Source: Macrostomum hystrix (taxonomy: Eukaryota > Animalia > Platyhelminthes). Taken from it: a stretch of DNA of 64,000 nt. Shown here piece after piece: positions 12,360 through 23,182 of the stretch. The translations under genes were made by a program, and so were the position numbers. How positions within the stretch are numbered: the stretch's first letter is position 1; each line of letters begins with the position of its first letter. The notes beneath the pieces were generated by a model, which did not search any database, had not been told where the DNA came from, and saw nothing but the letters and a program-made list of their open reading frames with translations. The stretch is taken from contig CATNEN010000033.1 in assembly GCA_950097015.1 (NCBI GenBank), forward strand, positions 2,666,001 to 2,730,000. The letters are read 5' to 3'.

Positions 12360-14213
12360 GTGACATTTCGCCACATTGTGCCTGAATTAGACGATGTACC
12401 AAGCCGCAACGAGCCGACGCCCTCAGAAACGAGTATGGACATTGCAGTAAAGACGCCTGAGCAGATAATCGATGAAAGGAAAAAATCTGAATCGACTGAT
12501 GCAGCTGATGCCCACTTTGACATCTCATTCCTCAGTCAGCCTCTTCAAGAAGCCAAGACGCGACTCGGGAAGCGGAAGCAAAAGCTGGCTGACAAAGAAT
12601 CAGCTGCGTCCGCCGAAGAGACGACCGTGTTAGAAGATGCGAGCTTTAAGGTCCCGAAGACCAAAAAGTTCCGAAAAAGGAGATCACCCATGAAGGGAGC
12701 TGACAAAAGCGATAAAGCCGTACAGACAGAGTTGATTCCAGTAGATGCAGCAACTAACACAGAGAACAACCTACTGATGGATACAGACTGGAAACGTTTG
12801 AAATCTCTCGAGGAAGGAGTCGCAGCGGTTCTCAGTGAAGTAAAACAACTGAAAAGTAGCTTGTCAATTGATGAGTACATTCAAAAGACTCGCAATGCGC
12901 TTCAATCCTTGACCACCGGTCTAATGCATCAGTTAGAGGCAAAAGCCAAAGAAAGTCAAACGGAACTACTGAAAGCGCTAAACATCACAAAATCCGACGT
13001 TGTGAACCATCTAAAGCAAACAAGTAGCTCAACTAAGGATGCTATCATTAGCGAAGAAAGAGCAGTGAAGGCAGAAGTAATAAAAAGCCAACAAATCAGC
13101 CACAGCCTCGAGCAGAAGGTCGGTGAACTGGTCAGTCTGCAAGCGCTGGCGTTCACTAAGACGCAGAATGAAAGAGCAGGACGGGAAACATATGCTGAGA
13201 AGGCCTCGCGCTCAGTGAACCCAACAGCATCTTCAAAAAATGTAACGATGGCAGTCAGTGCCAGTAAAAATGCAGAGAACGCATCAGGAGCTGTAGCAAG
13301 GGACTCGGAACCAGCTGAGGCAGAAAGCAACAGTTGTACCAAACAGAAAGTTAAAGAAGGCCTGAAAAAGCATGATATAGTCGTTGTCAGCTCAAAGCTA
13401 GGGAAAGCCCTTGACTATCGCAGACTCTTCCCGAATAGTACAATTCGAGTTGTCTACTACAACACTCAAGAAAGGCTCATTGAATTACTGCAAGAGCCAA
13501 ACTTCAGTGCGCAAGAATGTCTGGTAATTGACTTAAACCATGAGCCATCAATGGAGGTGGCATATAAAGCTGTCACTGCAATTGACGCTGGGCAAAGGCA
13601 ACACGGTGCGAATTGCCTGCACCTACTCATCATCCCAGACAGTTCGACACGAACAGAACAACTCTTCGAGAAAGAACTGTGTGAGTATGGTGTTAAACAT
13701 CAGCTTTTAACATTTAACTTTCATGAAATCCACTTCTACGACGGTGAACTCAACAGCAGCGGAGCGGACTTTTTGTTTGCGTTAATGTCCAAATGCATTC
13801 GAAATCTAAACCTGAAAGTACGGCCGCATCCGGCTAACACAGAGAACCAGCGCCAGCAAACAGTGCATCACCGGCATCAACACAGCCACAGAGAGTCACG
13901 AGGCGGCGGTGCAACTGGCTACAGGAACTATCGAGCGCATAGCAGCTACCCAGTTCGAGATGCCAATTACATCCGTAGCGAAATTGACCACCGCATCAGC
14001 ACCAACGGCTATTTTGACAGAAGTCGTGCTAGCCGCTATCGAATCAGCAACGAGTACGACTACAACAAAAGAGACCGCAAAAACTTTATAAGTGGCTATC
14101 GCGCCAATATCGAGCCCAGCAACTACCGCAGAAGTAGCTTTGGGTACCGCAACAGATACCAACAAGTTGGTGTCAGGCGCCTCGACGACCGCCAGTTTCG
14201 TTGCGTCGACTAG
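12360..14213 (+). CDS. LINE ORF1p: basic N-terminus, coiled coil, degenerate SGNH-esterase-like domain, R/Y/S-rich tail (first ATG 12434)
   Basis: Lies directly upstream of ORF2. IVVVSSKLGKAL and FYDGELNSSG fall where the GDS and DGxHL blocks sit in LINE ORF1 esterases. Confidence 0.75.
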   Translation: MTFRHIVPELDDVPSRNEPTPSETSMDIAVKTPEQIIDERKKSESTDAADAHFDISFLSQPLQEAKTRLGKRKQKLADKESAASAEETTVLEDASFKVPKTKKFRKRRSPMKGADKSDKAVQTELIPVDAATNTENNLLMDTDWKRLKSLEEGVAAVLSEVKQLKSSLSIDEYIQKTRNALQSLTTGLMHQLEAKAKESQTELLKALNITKSDVVNHLKQTSSSTKDAIISEERAVKAEVIKSQQISHSLEQKVGELVSLQALAFTKTQNERAGRETYAEKASRSVNPTASSKNVTMAVSASKNAENASGAVARDSEPAEAESNSCTKQKVKEGLKKHDIVVVSSKLGKALDYRRLFPNSTIRVVYYNTQERLIELLQEPNFSAQECLVIDLNHEPSMEVAYKAVTAIDAGQRQHGANCLHLLIIPDSSTRTEQLFEKELCEYGVKHQLLTFNFHEIHFYDGELNSSGADFLFALMSKCIRNLNLKVRPHPANTENQRQQTVHHRHQHSHRESRGGGATGYRNYRAHSSYPVRDANYIRSEIDHRISTNGYFDRSRASRYRISNEYDYNKRDRKNFISGYRANIEPSNYRRSSFGYRNRYQQVGVRRLDDRQFRCVD

Positions 14214-14421
14214 GACCGCCTGTCCAAGCCTGTCCGGCAACAACTTCAATCGCCGGGGGGGTGGAGGAGTCATTTAGCTGCTCAACTCGGGTCCTCTAAC
14301 TCCTTTGCCTAATAACTTTCTATTTTTGATACCGTCAATTCCCATACCGCGCAACAGGTTTTGAAGGTTTTGAACCCGTCGTGACTGACTCTAAGGACTA
14401 CTACTCCCTCTTTCTACGAGT

Positions 14422-17400
14422 ATGTTAACTTCTACGCTAAATTTTAACTCCCGAATAGTCACTGAAACACAGGGCAGCTGCGAAAAGAAGGTTACTTATA
14501 ATAAATCAGAGTTGATTATCACCAGTTGGAACATAGATGGACTGATGCTCAGTGGAGAATGCAAAATGGAATCACCATGTTTCCACGAACATATTAGGAA
14601 TAGAGACATAGTTTTCCTCTGTGAGACCCACGCCAAACAGGAGCAGCTAGACTCAAACACGCTGATAGATTTCACCTGCTTTGGAGCAGATGGAATCAAG
14701 GCAAGGGGAATCAACAAAGGTAGATTATCAAATGGCATGGTTTTCCTCGTTAAAAATAATATTGCAAAGAGAACCACATTAGTGCACAAATCTGACTTCG
14801 CTCTGGTACTAAAAATAAAGCAAAAGCAGTCTGAAGAACCCCTGTATATCTTAGGGTGCTATATCCCACCGGAAAATTCTAAATACTACAAAGAAGATAT
14901 ATGGGAGGAGATTAAATATCTCATCCAGCTCTTCTCAAGAGAGGGCTCCGTATTAACAGTAGGTGACTTCAATGCACGAACTGGCACATTACAGTCCAGC
15001 ACTAGGGATAAGTTTCCCAGACAGAATCAGGACTCTGAGAAAAACAAGCATGGATTAAGACTGATGGAAATGTGCTCCGAGACCAAGAGCACGATTCTGA
15101 ACGGAATGACTCAGGGTGACATTATGGGAAATTACACGTTTAGTAGCACACTAGGCCGAAGTACCATAGACTACGCTATTGCATCCATGGATAAAGTGGA
15201 TATTATAAAAGACTTCTTTATTCATCCTCAAAGCTTTCTGTCCAGACATTGCCCGCTAACAGTCACTCTGATTTTTCCTGATCATGTCCAACCAGAACAC
15301 GCAAACCAGGAAAAACATGAATCCTTCCCAATGCCTCCAAGATGGGACACTGAAACGCAGGGAAGTTACATTGAGGCATTGAATAACAAACAAAGCGAAG
15401 AAATAATTAGAAAGTTGCAATCTATCGACGCACACGATGGAAAATCCCTGGAAAATTTGTTCTCGAGCTTGACCAACCTGCTTAGAGACTCAGTGGCAGA
15501 AAGCTGCGCAAAGACAATCATTCCGAACAAGTTCTGGACAAATCGAGACGAGACACTAAGAAACTTGAGCAAATCATTAAAGTACGTGGCCAGGAAAAAA
15601 AGACGTAGACCAACTGACAGCGCGCTGGCATCAGAATATAATGGGCTAGCGAAAAAATACAAACAACAGCTCAAGAAACTTAAGCAGATGGACATAAATG
15701 ACTGCATTCAGAAAATGGCGGCTAACGGAACCTCAAAGGGATTCTGGTCCGGTCTTAGAAGAGCAGAAGAGTTGCTGTTCCCCAGCAGGAGACTTAACAG
15801 ATCTCAAGCCCCAATCGCTGACATCGCGGACAACCTAACCAAAGTGTTTAACGCACATCCTTCTTCGGGAACCCAGCCGCATCGCACAGATGAAGCAGTT
15901 AGTCCCGAAGATTTAATTAGCTGCGTAGATCTCGATAGAGCAGTTAAAAAGCTAAAGAGAAGAAAGGCTGCAGGAATAGATGGTATAACAAATGAGCACA
16001 TTATCTACGGACAAGAGAAGCTAAAACCCGTACTTCTGAAGCTTTTTAACGCAAGCGTAAGACTCGGCCAGACTCCTGCACAGTGGTCAAATGCCCTAAT
16101 CACACCGATTTATAAAAAGGGTTCCCGTAGTGACCCCAAAAACTACAGACCCATAAGCGTGCTGCCTGCCCTGGCTCGCCTGTTTGCCTCACTTATCTAT
16201 GAAAAGCTAGAAACTCATATTCGCACCCTCGACTTGCTTTCAGCCAGTCAAATAGGAAATAGAAAGGGCTACCGAACTTCAGACCACATTGCCACTCTCT
16301 TGACGTTGATCCACAACAAAAAGCGTCGCAAAAGGCCATTTCACTTAGTGTTCTTTGACTTAAAAAGCGCATTTGACATGGTCCACCATCCAACACTTTT
16401 CCAACGACTTAGGGAGTTAAAGGTCAGCCCAGAAATAATCGAAGCAATACAAAGCATGTACTCAGGAGCTAAATTCCAACTGAAGATCTCAGATGGCCAA
16501 GCAACTAAGGCAAGGAGCATAACAAATGGAGTAAGACAAGGCTGTCCCCTATCCCCTCTACTCTTCTCACTCTATATAGATCCTTTGAGCACATTGCTAA
16601 GGGATTCATTTCGCAGCGACACCTTCATTAAAGATGAACAAATCAACAACTTGCTATACTGCGATGATTTAGTGATCTTTGGAGAGAATCCTCGAGAGTT
16701 GCAGAAGGGCCTCGATAAAGTGTCAGAATTTTGTCAGAGCCACAAGCTAGAAATCAATATGCAAAAAACTAAGGTTATTAGCTGTTGCCCTGACCCATCA
16801 AAGACGGCTAACAAACTATTTCTGCAGGGACAACTGTTAGATAGCGTCAAAGAATGGAAATATCTTGGCTTTCACATCAATGCTAAAGGAACCGTGGATT
16901 CCCATGCCACAGAGATTAACAAAAAATGTGGATATCCTATTCTTCTCTTAAGGAAATTAGCCAGCCATGGGGCGGTCAGATACAATCAGCTCATGCTGTA
17001 CTGCACAGCAATGATAGAAAGCATAGCTCTGTACGCCTCTGAGGCCTGGGGGGCTTTTGTCTCGTGGAACCTGGGTCCTTGGGACCGCTGTCTTTTTGAA
17101 AGAGTAAACATCAGGTGCTGTAAAGCCATACTACAAGTCAGCCAAAATACGGATGGCAACGGGGCCCGCTCGGAGTTAGGCAGATTGCCTTTATTATACA
17201 ACATCCAGAAAAGAAGCATTTCGTACTGGGCCTCCATAACAAGCCGGCCGGACTCCATAATTTCCAAGTTATTGGCGGACCAAACATACAGTGATGTTGG
17301 AATCAAAGCAAAGACCAACAATGAGGTTATGCTGAACTGCAGAGGCATTAGTCCTGCAAAAGCAATTGGAAACCACAGGAAAAATTTCGTTTCTCAGTTC

Positions 17401-17856
17401 GATACCCATTGGAGACAAAGGACACAGAACTCAAGCAAGCTAAGTCACTTCTATTACTCCTTCAAGCAATATTATTCAGCCGAAAAATATTTACAACAAA
17501 TATACAACCCGGAGTGGAGACGTACCATAGCCTCGTTTAGACTAGGAAACCATAAGCTAGCTTGCGAAACATTGCGAACTGCGAGACCGAAAATTCCGTA
17601 TGCAAATAGATTATGTAGTAAGTGCAAAACAGAAGTTGAAAACGAGGTCCACTTCCTTTTTAAGTGCACTTGGAATAAGTATAGCGCAGTACGTTCGAAA
17701 TTTGAGACGGAAGTTTCTGGGAAAACCCCCAATTTCATATCCTTAACAGCAGAAGAAAAATCTAACTACATAATGGCTCAAGACGATAGGGAAACCGCTG
17801 AAGCTTTAGCAAAATACATCATAGAAATATCTAAAATAAGGGAACAGCTGCCCTGA
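14422..17856 (+). CDS. LINE ORF2p: apurinic endonuclease + reverse transcriptase + C-terminal CCHC
   Basis: SWNIDGL, LCETH, GDFNART, IDYAI (APE); NYRPIS, FFDLKSAFDMV, GVRQGCPLSPLLF, YCDD, YLG (RT); CSKC-x8-H-x4-C. Confidence 0.97.
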   Translation: MLTSTLNFNSRIVTETQGSCEKKVTYNKSELIITSWNIDGLMLSGECKMESPCFHEHIRNRDIVFLCETHAKQEQLDSNTLIDFTCFGADGIKARGINKGRLSNGMVFLVKNNIAKRTTLVHKSDFALVLKIKQKQSEEPLYILGCYIPPENSKYYKEDIWEEIKYLIQLFSREGSVLTVGDFNARTGTLQSSTRDKFPRQNQDSEKNKHGLRLMEMCSETKSTILNGMTQGDIMGNYTFSSTLGRSTIDYAIASMDKVDIIKDFFIHPQSFLSRHCPLTVTLIFPDHVQPEHANQEKHESFPMPPRWDTETQGSYIEALNNKQSEEIIRKLQSIDAHDGKSLENLFSSLTNLLRDSVAESCAKTIIPNKFWTNRDETLRNLSKSLKYVARKKRRRPTDSALASEYNGLAKKYKQQLKKLKQMDINDCIQKMAANGTSKGFWSGLRRAEELLFPSRRLNRSQAPIADIADNLTKVFNAHPSSGTQPHRTDEAVSPEDLISCVDLDRAVKKLKRRKAAGIDGITNEHIIYGQEKLKPVLLKLFNASVRLGQTPAQWSNALITPIYKKGSRSDPKNYRPISVLPALARLFASLIYEKLETHIRTLDLLSASQIGNRKGYRTSDHIATLLTLIHNKKRRKRPFHLVFFDLKSAFDMVHHPTLFQRLRELKVSPEIIEAIQSMYSGAKFQLKISDGQATKARSITNGVRQGCPLSPLLFSLYIDPLSTLLRDSFRSDTFIKDEQINNLLYCDDLVIFGENPRELQKGLDKVSEFCQSHKLEINMQKTKVISCCPDPSKTANKLFLQGQLLDSVKEWKYLGFHINAKGTVDSHATEINKKCGYPILLLRKLASHGAVRYNQLMLYCTAMIESIALYASEAWGAFVSWNLGPWDRCLFERVNIRCCKAILQVSQNTDGNGARSELGRLPLLYNIQKRSISYWASITSRPDSIISKLLADQTYSDVGIKAKTNNEVMLNCRGISPAKAIGNHRKNFVSQFDTHWRQRTQNSSKLSHFYYSFKQYYSAEKYLQQIYNPEWRRTIASFRLGNHKLACETLRTARPKIPYANRLCSKCKTEVENEVHFLFKCTWNKYSAVRSKFETEVSGKTPNFISLTAEEKSNYIMAQDDRETAEALAKYIIEISKIREQLP

Positions 17857-18596
17857 GACTACGAGATTTTACTAGCATTCAACAATAGATATTTCATAAT
17901 TTGTTTTATCCCTGGCGTCCCTTGTGTTTTTACTGCTCTTATTTTTAATACCTTTGCTTTCCCTTCCCAGCTCGATATTTGATTCCTACTTAACTTCGCT
18001 TTTTATGTTGCTTTTCGTTGTTCATTTAAATGTGTTGTTAAAAAATATATATATAAAAAAATCAGCACCCATAGATGGCGTGCGCGTTTTTAATAATAAT
18101 AATAATAATAATAATATACCTGCCTGTATATCATTTACCAGCCACCAGCCACACAAACTAAAAGCTCTGGGGACGGTCGAAAATTTTATCACTGACATGA
18201 TAAAATTCTCTAAGTCCGTAAACTCTAGTTTATACGTATAGACCGAGTGGGCAAGCAGCATCGGCTGCCTGAATCACATATCCGTACATATATGTGATGG
18301 ATGTCGATTCGAAAACTGACTTGGCTGTGAATAGACTCAAATGCTGGTATTTTAGCGAAAAGTGTATTTATTCTCGCAAAAATACTGATATTTTCGCATA
18401 ACAAAGGTACGGGCAGTATTTTTGCAAAACATTCCTGAAGTACTCTCTATATTCGCTGAATAAATCTTATCATTCTGTTAGAAAGAAATTTGAAAAAGAG
18501 ATCAATATTTCACCATTTTCAGACAAAAATCATGAAAACTTCAACATGCGAAAGAAAATCAATATAAATAGCCAGATAACACACTATTTGATAGTT

Positions 18597-18680
18597 AGTG
18601 ATCTGGCGTGCAGGTCTAAGGCATTTCGCTCTAGTACCAGTGACTCGGGTTCGAATCCCGGTCAGCCTTACGCTTTTTTT
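18597..18680 (+). ncRNA. tRNA-like Pol III cassette (A box, B box, T7 terminator); not a canonical tRNA
   Basis: TGGCGTGCAGGTCTAAGGC (A-box-like), GGTTCGAATCCC (B box in a T-arm stem), then TTTTTTT. The anticodon arm does not pair. An inverted homologue lies at 35658-35741. Confidence 0.55.
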
Positions 18681-19150
18681 GTTATTAAAAAAACAGCTAA
18701 CATTTTACTAGAAATGAAAATAAATTTTTACTAGGAATCAGTTTTTTTTATATTGGAATCCACACTTTTTGTGTGGATCCCCATTATTATTAATGTTGAC
18801 TTACTACTGCAATATTACTTATAGTAGTGCCGATTGCACCTGAAGTAGTAAAGTATACTGCGAAAGTAATTGAATTAACATGGCTAGTCTATATACTTGT
18901 AATGGTTTTTTTCGCGAAATAGCCATAGAAATTTTATCTATTAGTATTTGCGAATTGGGGATTGCAATACACACGTGTGAATTTTCGCGAAAAAAAGTTT
19001 TGTCTGTAGTCAAACCTAGAACTACAGTTGAGTACAGTCGCAAAAGTGAGCTATGTAAGACTGAGCGCGCTTAACATCTACTTTGTGACCGACTGACTGA
19101 CCGACCGAGTAATTACGAGTTAATTCCTACGCCTCGACTTGAATTTTGAA

Positions 19151-21839
19151 ATGTCAGCATTTCGTGGCCGTGGAAAGAAGGCTCGTGTGGATGCCAGCAT
19201 TGCTACACCGGATGCTAATGGTCTACGCCAGACTATGATCGTGGACTACTTTAGATCTCAGCAGTCAACCGATCGTCCTACTGGCGCAGCATCTAGACCG
19301 AGTGTGCAAGCATCATCGGCATCATTTACAGCAATGGCAGGAACGGCTGGTCGGGCATCGGCTGCCTTTACTGTTCCCCGCCTTGCAGTAATACAGCAGC
19401 AACAGCAGCAGCAGCAGCAGTCGAAACAGCAGCAGCAGCAGCAGCAGCCGAAGCAGACTGTCCCATCGAGTGCAATTCGGAAGCGTCGATATGCCCGATC
19501 GACTCTACGCAAGCGGACGCGTACAGTTGTCGATTTGGATGCTTCGTCTAGCAATTCATCGTCGTCTGATGCTGAAGACACTGGCGTTGGATCTCTAGTA
19601 GCCATGCGACAGCCTCTGGTTATTGCTGCCCAACCAATTTGTGGCGCCGGCGACCATGCTGATCGCATAGAGTCCACGCCTAAAGTGCTATCATCTGAAG
19701 ATGAATCAGCGGACGACTTGCTAGCAGACGACGTACAGCTGGAGATTATGGACGAGTTCATCAGCAATACAGACAATGTAGAGTCAAATACTGCCCCCGT
19801 TTTGACGGCCTCTAATAGTTCAGCCTCATCATCGCAGCTAGTCGATGATAGGTACAAAACAGAGGTGGCAGAATTATTGCGCGCAAATGGCGAGTCGACT
19901 ATTCCTAAAACTAGTGCCGCACTTGGTGCCTGTCCGACTTCGCCAGATTATGCGCCTCGCTCTACACCGGCAATGTCTGTCATCGAGAATGGGACAACAT
20001 CCGATGCTGATGAACCAGTTCGCGCTGTATTCTCTCCAGTGTATGTCGACGCTTCTCAACCAACAGCGCAACAGTCGGGACGACTGCAGCAATCGCAGCA
20101 GCAGCAGCAGCAGCAGCAGCATCAACGGCGAGAGCAACAACCACAGCAACAGCCGCAGCAGCAGCAGTGGCGGCAGCAGCTGCGGCAGCAGATACAAGGG
20201 CGTGAACGGCAGCAGCAGCAAGACGATGGCGTGGCATTTGCTCCGATAGCCGATGAATATGCGTTGTGTCGTTCGACATCACCACTTCTACGGCTATGTC
20301 CTCGAGCTCCAATTACCGACTACGCCTCTTTAACAGCAGAGGGCAGGTCGGTTCTCTCGACTAGAAGGACGTTCCATCTTATCGAGATTGCATTCATCTC
20401 GAGCGATGTGGAAAAATTCAAGTCGTTTCTAGAAATTGAATTGAGAGCTCCATGTGCACAGTTTGCCATCGGCGCAACATCATGTATTCAGGTTGACATG
20501 CTGACCAGCGAAGAAATCCGAGCGCGTCGTCAGCAGAAATACAACATGTCAATCCGTGAATGTTTAGGAGCTCCGAATCATCCCAATGGTTTGCTGATGT
20601 TCCTGAACCTGCGCCAACCAGAAGATGGTTACACTGTTTACTGCGGACTGTTTGACCTCTTGATGGAATCTGCGGAAGCTTCGGCCTACCTGCATCCTAC
20701 AATGTGTAGAATGACAGTGTCTGGTGTACGCAGTGCGTCAAGTGCAATTAAGCTAGCTACCAGTATGGACGAGGATCCCGTTCTATACCGCGTTTCTATT
20801 CAAGAGTGCAGCTTGCTGGCCAAGGCCTTTTGCTGGGTTGCTGCTCATGAGGCGTCGAAAACTGAGCCTTCGCTAAATAGAGGCTTCATGTTTGAACACT
20901 TTCGCGTCCGACAAGAGCTCGGTGATTACTTTAAGGTGACCCAGATGAAACGCGTAATAGCAACAGAGGTGCTAGCTGGTTGCCAAAACTGTCGCCCTAC
21001 TGCCGATGCCGCCGCCGCTGCTGATGGTGCTGCAACAGCCGACTACTTGAGGACGACCAGGCCTATTGAGCTGGAGGTATGCAAAATATTATAAGCCATA
21101 AGATTACTTAGCACACTTATAAGTATTGATCATTGAATTTTTGCTGTTCCTTTGAATCAAAAAATTATTAACTCAATCGACAATTAATTAATTATATGCA
21201 AAACTACCTACCATCCAACAGGTCCCTGCTGCTGCTGATGCTGTCCAATTTCCTGATGCCGCCGTCGCTCATGTTCCCCGGTTGATCGCCGCCACTAACG
21301 TGTGCCCAACAGTAAAGGCTGTGTGCAGAGCGTTACAATCGCCAACTGGTGTCGTCTATCTATACGGCCCGTCTGGCGTTGGGAAGACACACTCTGTGCA
21401 AAGCCATCTCGGTTCTACGAAGGTGCTGACTGTCCAGGTGCAGAAGCGGTCTAACACGTTTCTGTTTGACAAGCTCTGCGAGGATATACACACTGCCATG
21501 TTTATTGACGAGCTACGCCCGAATCTGTTTGATGACTCATCTGAAGTCATGTGCACACTACTTCGATTGATCAATGGAGACACTTTTGAAGTCAATGCCA
21601 AATACAAGGCTATTCGACACGTCTCTTGGCTCGATCGACTATTAGTGCTTGCTGGGCATGCTCCGGTCAGTGCGTATTCGGAGGACTTTCAGCGCCGATT
21701 AGAACCGACACCTGATGGGCACAAGCGTCCGGTAGTTGCCATCTTCGTTGGTCATTCTCTCAAGCCCGACTACCAATGCGATGGACAATGCCACCCAATA
21801 CGCAATGTGTTTGGCGATCACCCGGACCGGCGAGTATGA
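19151..21839 (+). CDS. 2-exon SF3 helicase/replication-initiator-like protein (~847 aa; exons 19151-21076, 21222-21839) with N-terminal PIP box
   Basis: Phase-0 intron GAG|GTATGC ... ccaacag|GTC joins the two ORFs in frame. Walker A GPSGVGKT, Walker B MFIDE, B' EVNAKYK, motif C position LVLAGH. QTMIVDYF PIP box. AATAAA at 22013. Confidence 0.75.
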
Positions 21840-22244
21840 GCGACAAGCAGGTGCTGCTAGCAGGTTTTTTTTTACACCAAACTGCCTGCATGCTGCTATT
21901 TTATCGACTATATTTTTACTCGGTCATTTAGTCAGTCAGTCTTTCAGCTGTTTTTTTATATTTTTTACTGTTTCATACTGTTTTTGTATGCAATTTTATA
22001 ATTAGTCATACAAATAAAATCAATTTATATGCTCAGTTTTGAGCTTTTATTGTTGTGAAGTAGGTAATTGCTACTTCTGTTGCAAAAAAATCATATTTCT
22101 TATTACTATATATAGTATTACGCATTCAAACGAAGGTATATGCAAAGTGTCAAAGTATTAATTAATAAAATTCATTTATAGGTGTTATCGCGAAAATAAA
22201 ATAACGACTTTTATCCGAAAGTAAATAGCGGTATTTTTGCAAAA

Positions 22245-22695
22245 GTTCTTAAAGTAGTGTGAATGGCTACATATTATGGTATTTTCGCGAAAATACTGCT
22301 ATGCTATTAAACAAAGGTAGTTGGCGGTATTTTTGCAAAAGTTATTAAAGTAGTGTGCATGGCTACATATTATGGTATTTTCGCGAAAATACTGCTATCC
22401 TATTAAACGCAGGTAGTAAAGGTAGTTTGCGGTATTTTTGCAAAAGTTATTAAAGTAGTGTGCATGGCTACATCTTAAGGTATTTTCGCGAAAATACTGC
22501 TATGCTATTAAACAAAGGTAGTTGGCGGTATTTTTGCAAAATTTATTAAAGTAGTGTGCATGGCTACATATTATGGTATTTTCGCGAAAATACTGCTATG
22601 CTATTAAACAAAGGTAGTTGGCGGTATTTTTGCAAAAGTTATTAAAGTAGGTTATATGCGTGGCTATATGTTAAGGTATTTTCGCGAAAATACAT
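22245..22695. repeat. 96-105-bp tandem array, each unit with the perfect 18-bp palindrome GTATTTTCGCGAAAATAC
   Basis: Five palindromes at ~22279, 22375, 22480, 22576 and 22676. Each unit also carries TTTTGCAAAA. Confidence 0.92.
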
Positions 22696-23182
22696 GCATA
22701 TTAATAGACTAAGTATCTTGTACATTTTTAACCATAGACACATTTAGTATTTCTGCAAATTGCCAAGAGTCATGAGTGCATTTTTTTCGCGAAAAGACTA
22801 TATACTATCTATATATTGTATTGAATACCTGTGAATGAAAAATAATGACAGTTTTTTTTTGCAAAAATACTAACGATACGATGATGAACATATTTTTGCG
22901 AAAGAACATTTTCTTAAACAAATACAAACTGCTGTATTTATGCGAAATTGCTTTGAGTATTAAAATAATATGAAAGTTTACAAACAAAAAAAATACAAAC
23001 AATAATGCTTACGTTTGTGCTTATGATTGTTGGTGATGGTATTTTCACGAAAAGATTAGTGTATTTTCAATGACTAACAAAACAACACCAATATGTATAT
23101 CAAATCGTTATGATAATCAGAGGCTTTATTTATAAAATAACTGTAATGAATCATAGTTTCTGCATTATTTTATAATATAATT

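Larger units (their letters stand above)
12270..18116 (+). mobile_element. Full-length non-LTR retrotransposon (APE-RT LINE; CR1/L2/RTEX-like) ending in (TAA)n
   Basis: Two uninterrupted ORFs, a ~230-nt 3' UTR and a (TAA)n tail at 18091-18116. The 5' boundary is approximate and no TSD was identified. Confidence 0.9.
12213..18226. mobile_element. ~50-bp inverted repeat pair (12213-12262 / 18170-18226) bracketing the LINE; probable MITE into which the LINE inserted
   Basis: The rc of the left arm, gggacggtcgagaattt...attctctaagtccataaactct, matches the right arm, gggacggtcgaaaattt...attctctaagtccgtaaactct. Confidence 0.6.

Noticed and set aside
18597-18672. Functional tRNA genes here, at 35.7 kb and at 55.4 kb
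   Set aside because: Acceptor and anticodon stems do not pair properly, so these are reported as tRNA-like or SINE instead.
20560-20660. HPNG and YCG as HUH-endonuclease motifs II and III upstream of the SF3 domain
   Set aside because: The residues and spacing do not fit CRESS/parvovirus Rep motifs. Left as unknown pending a structure search.
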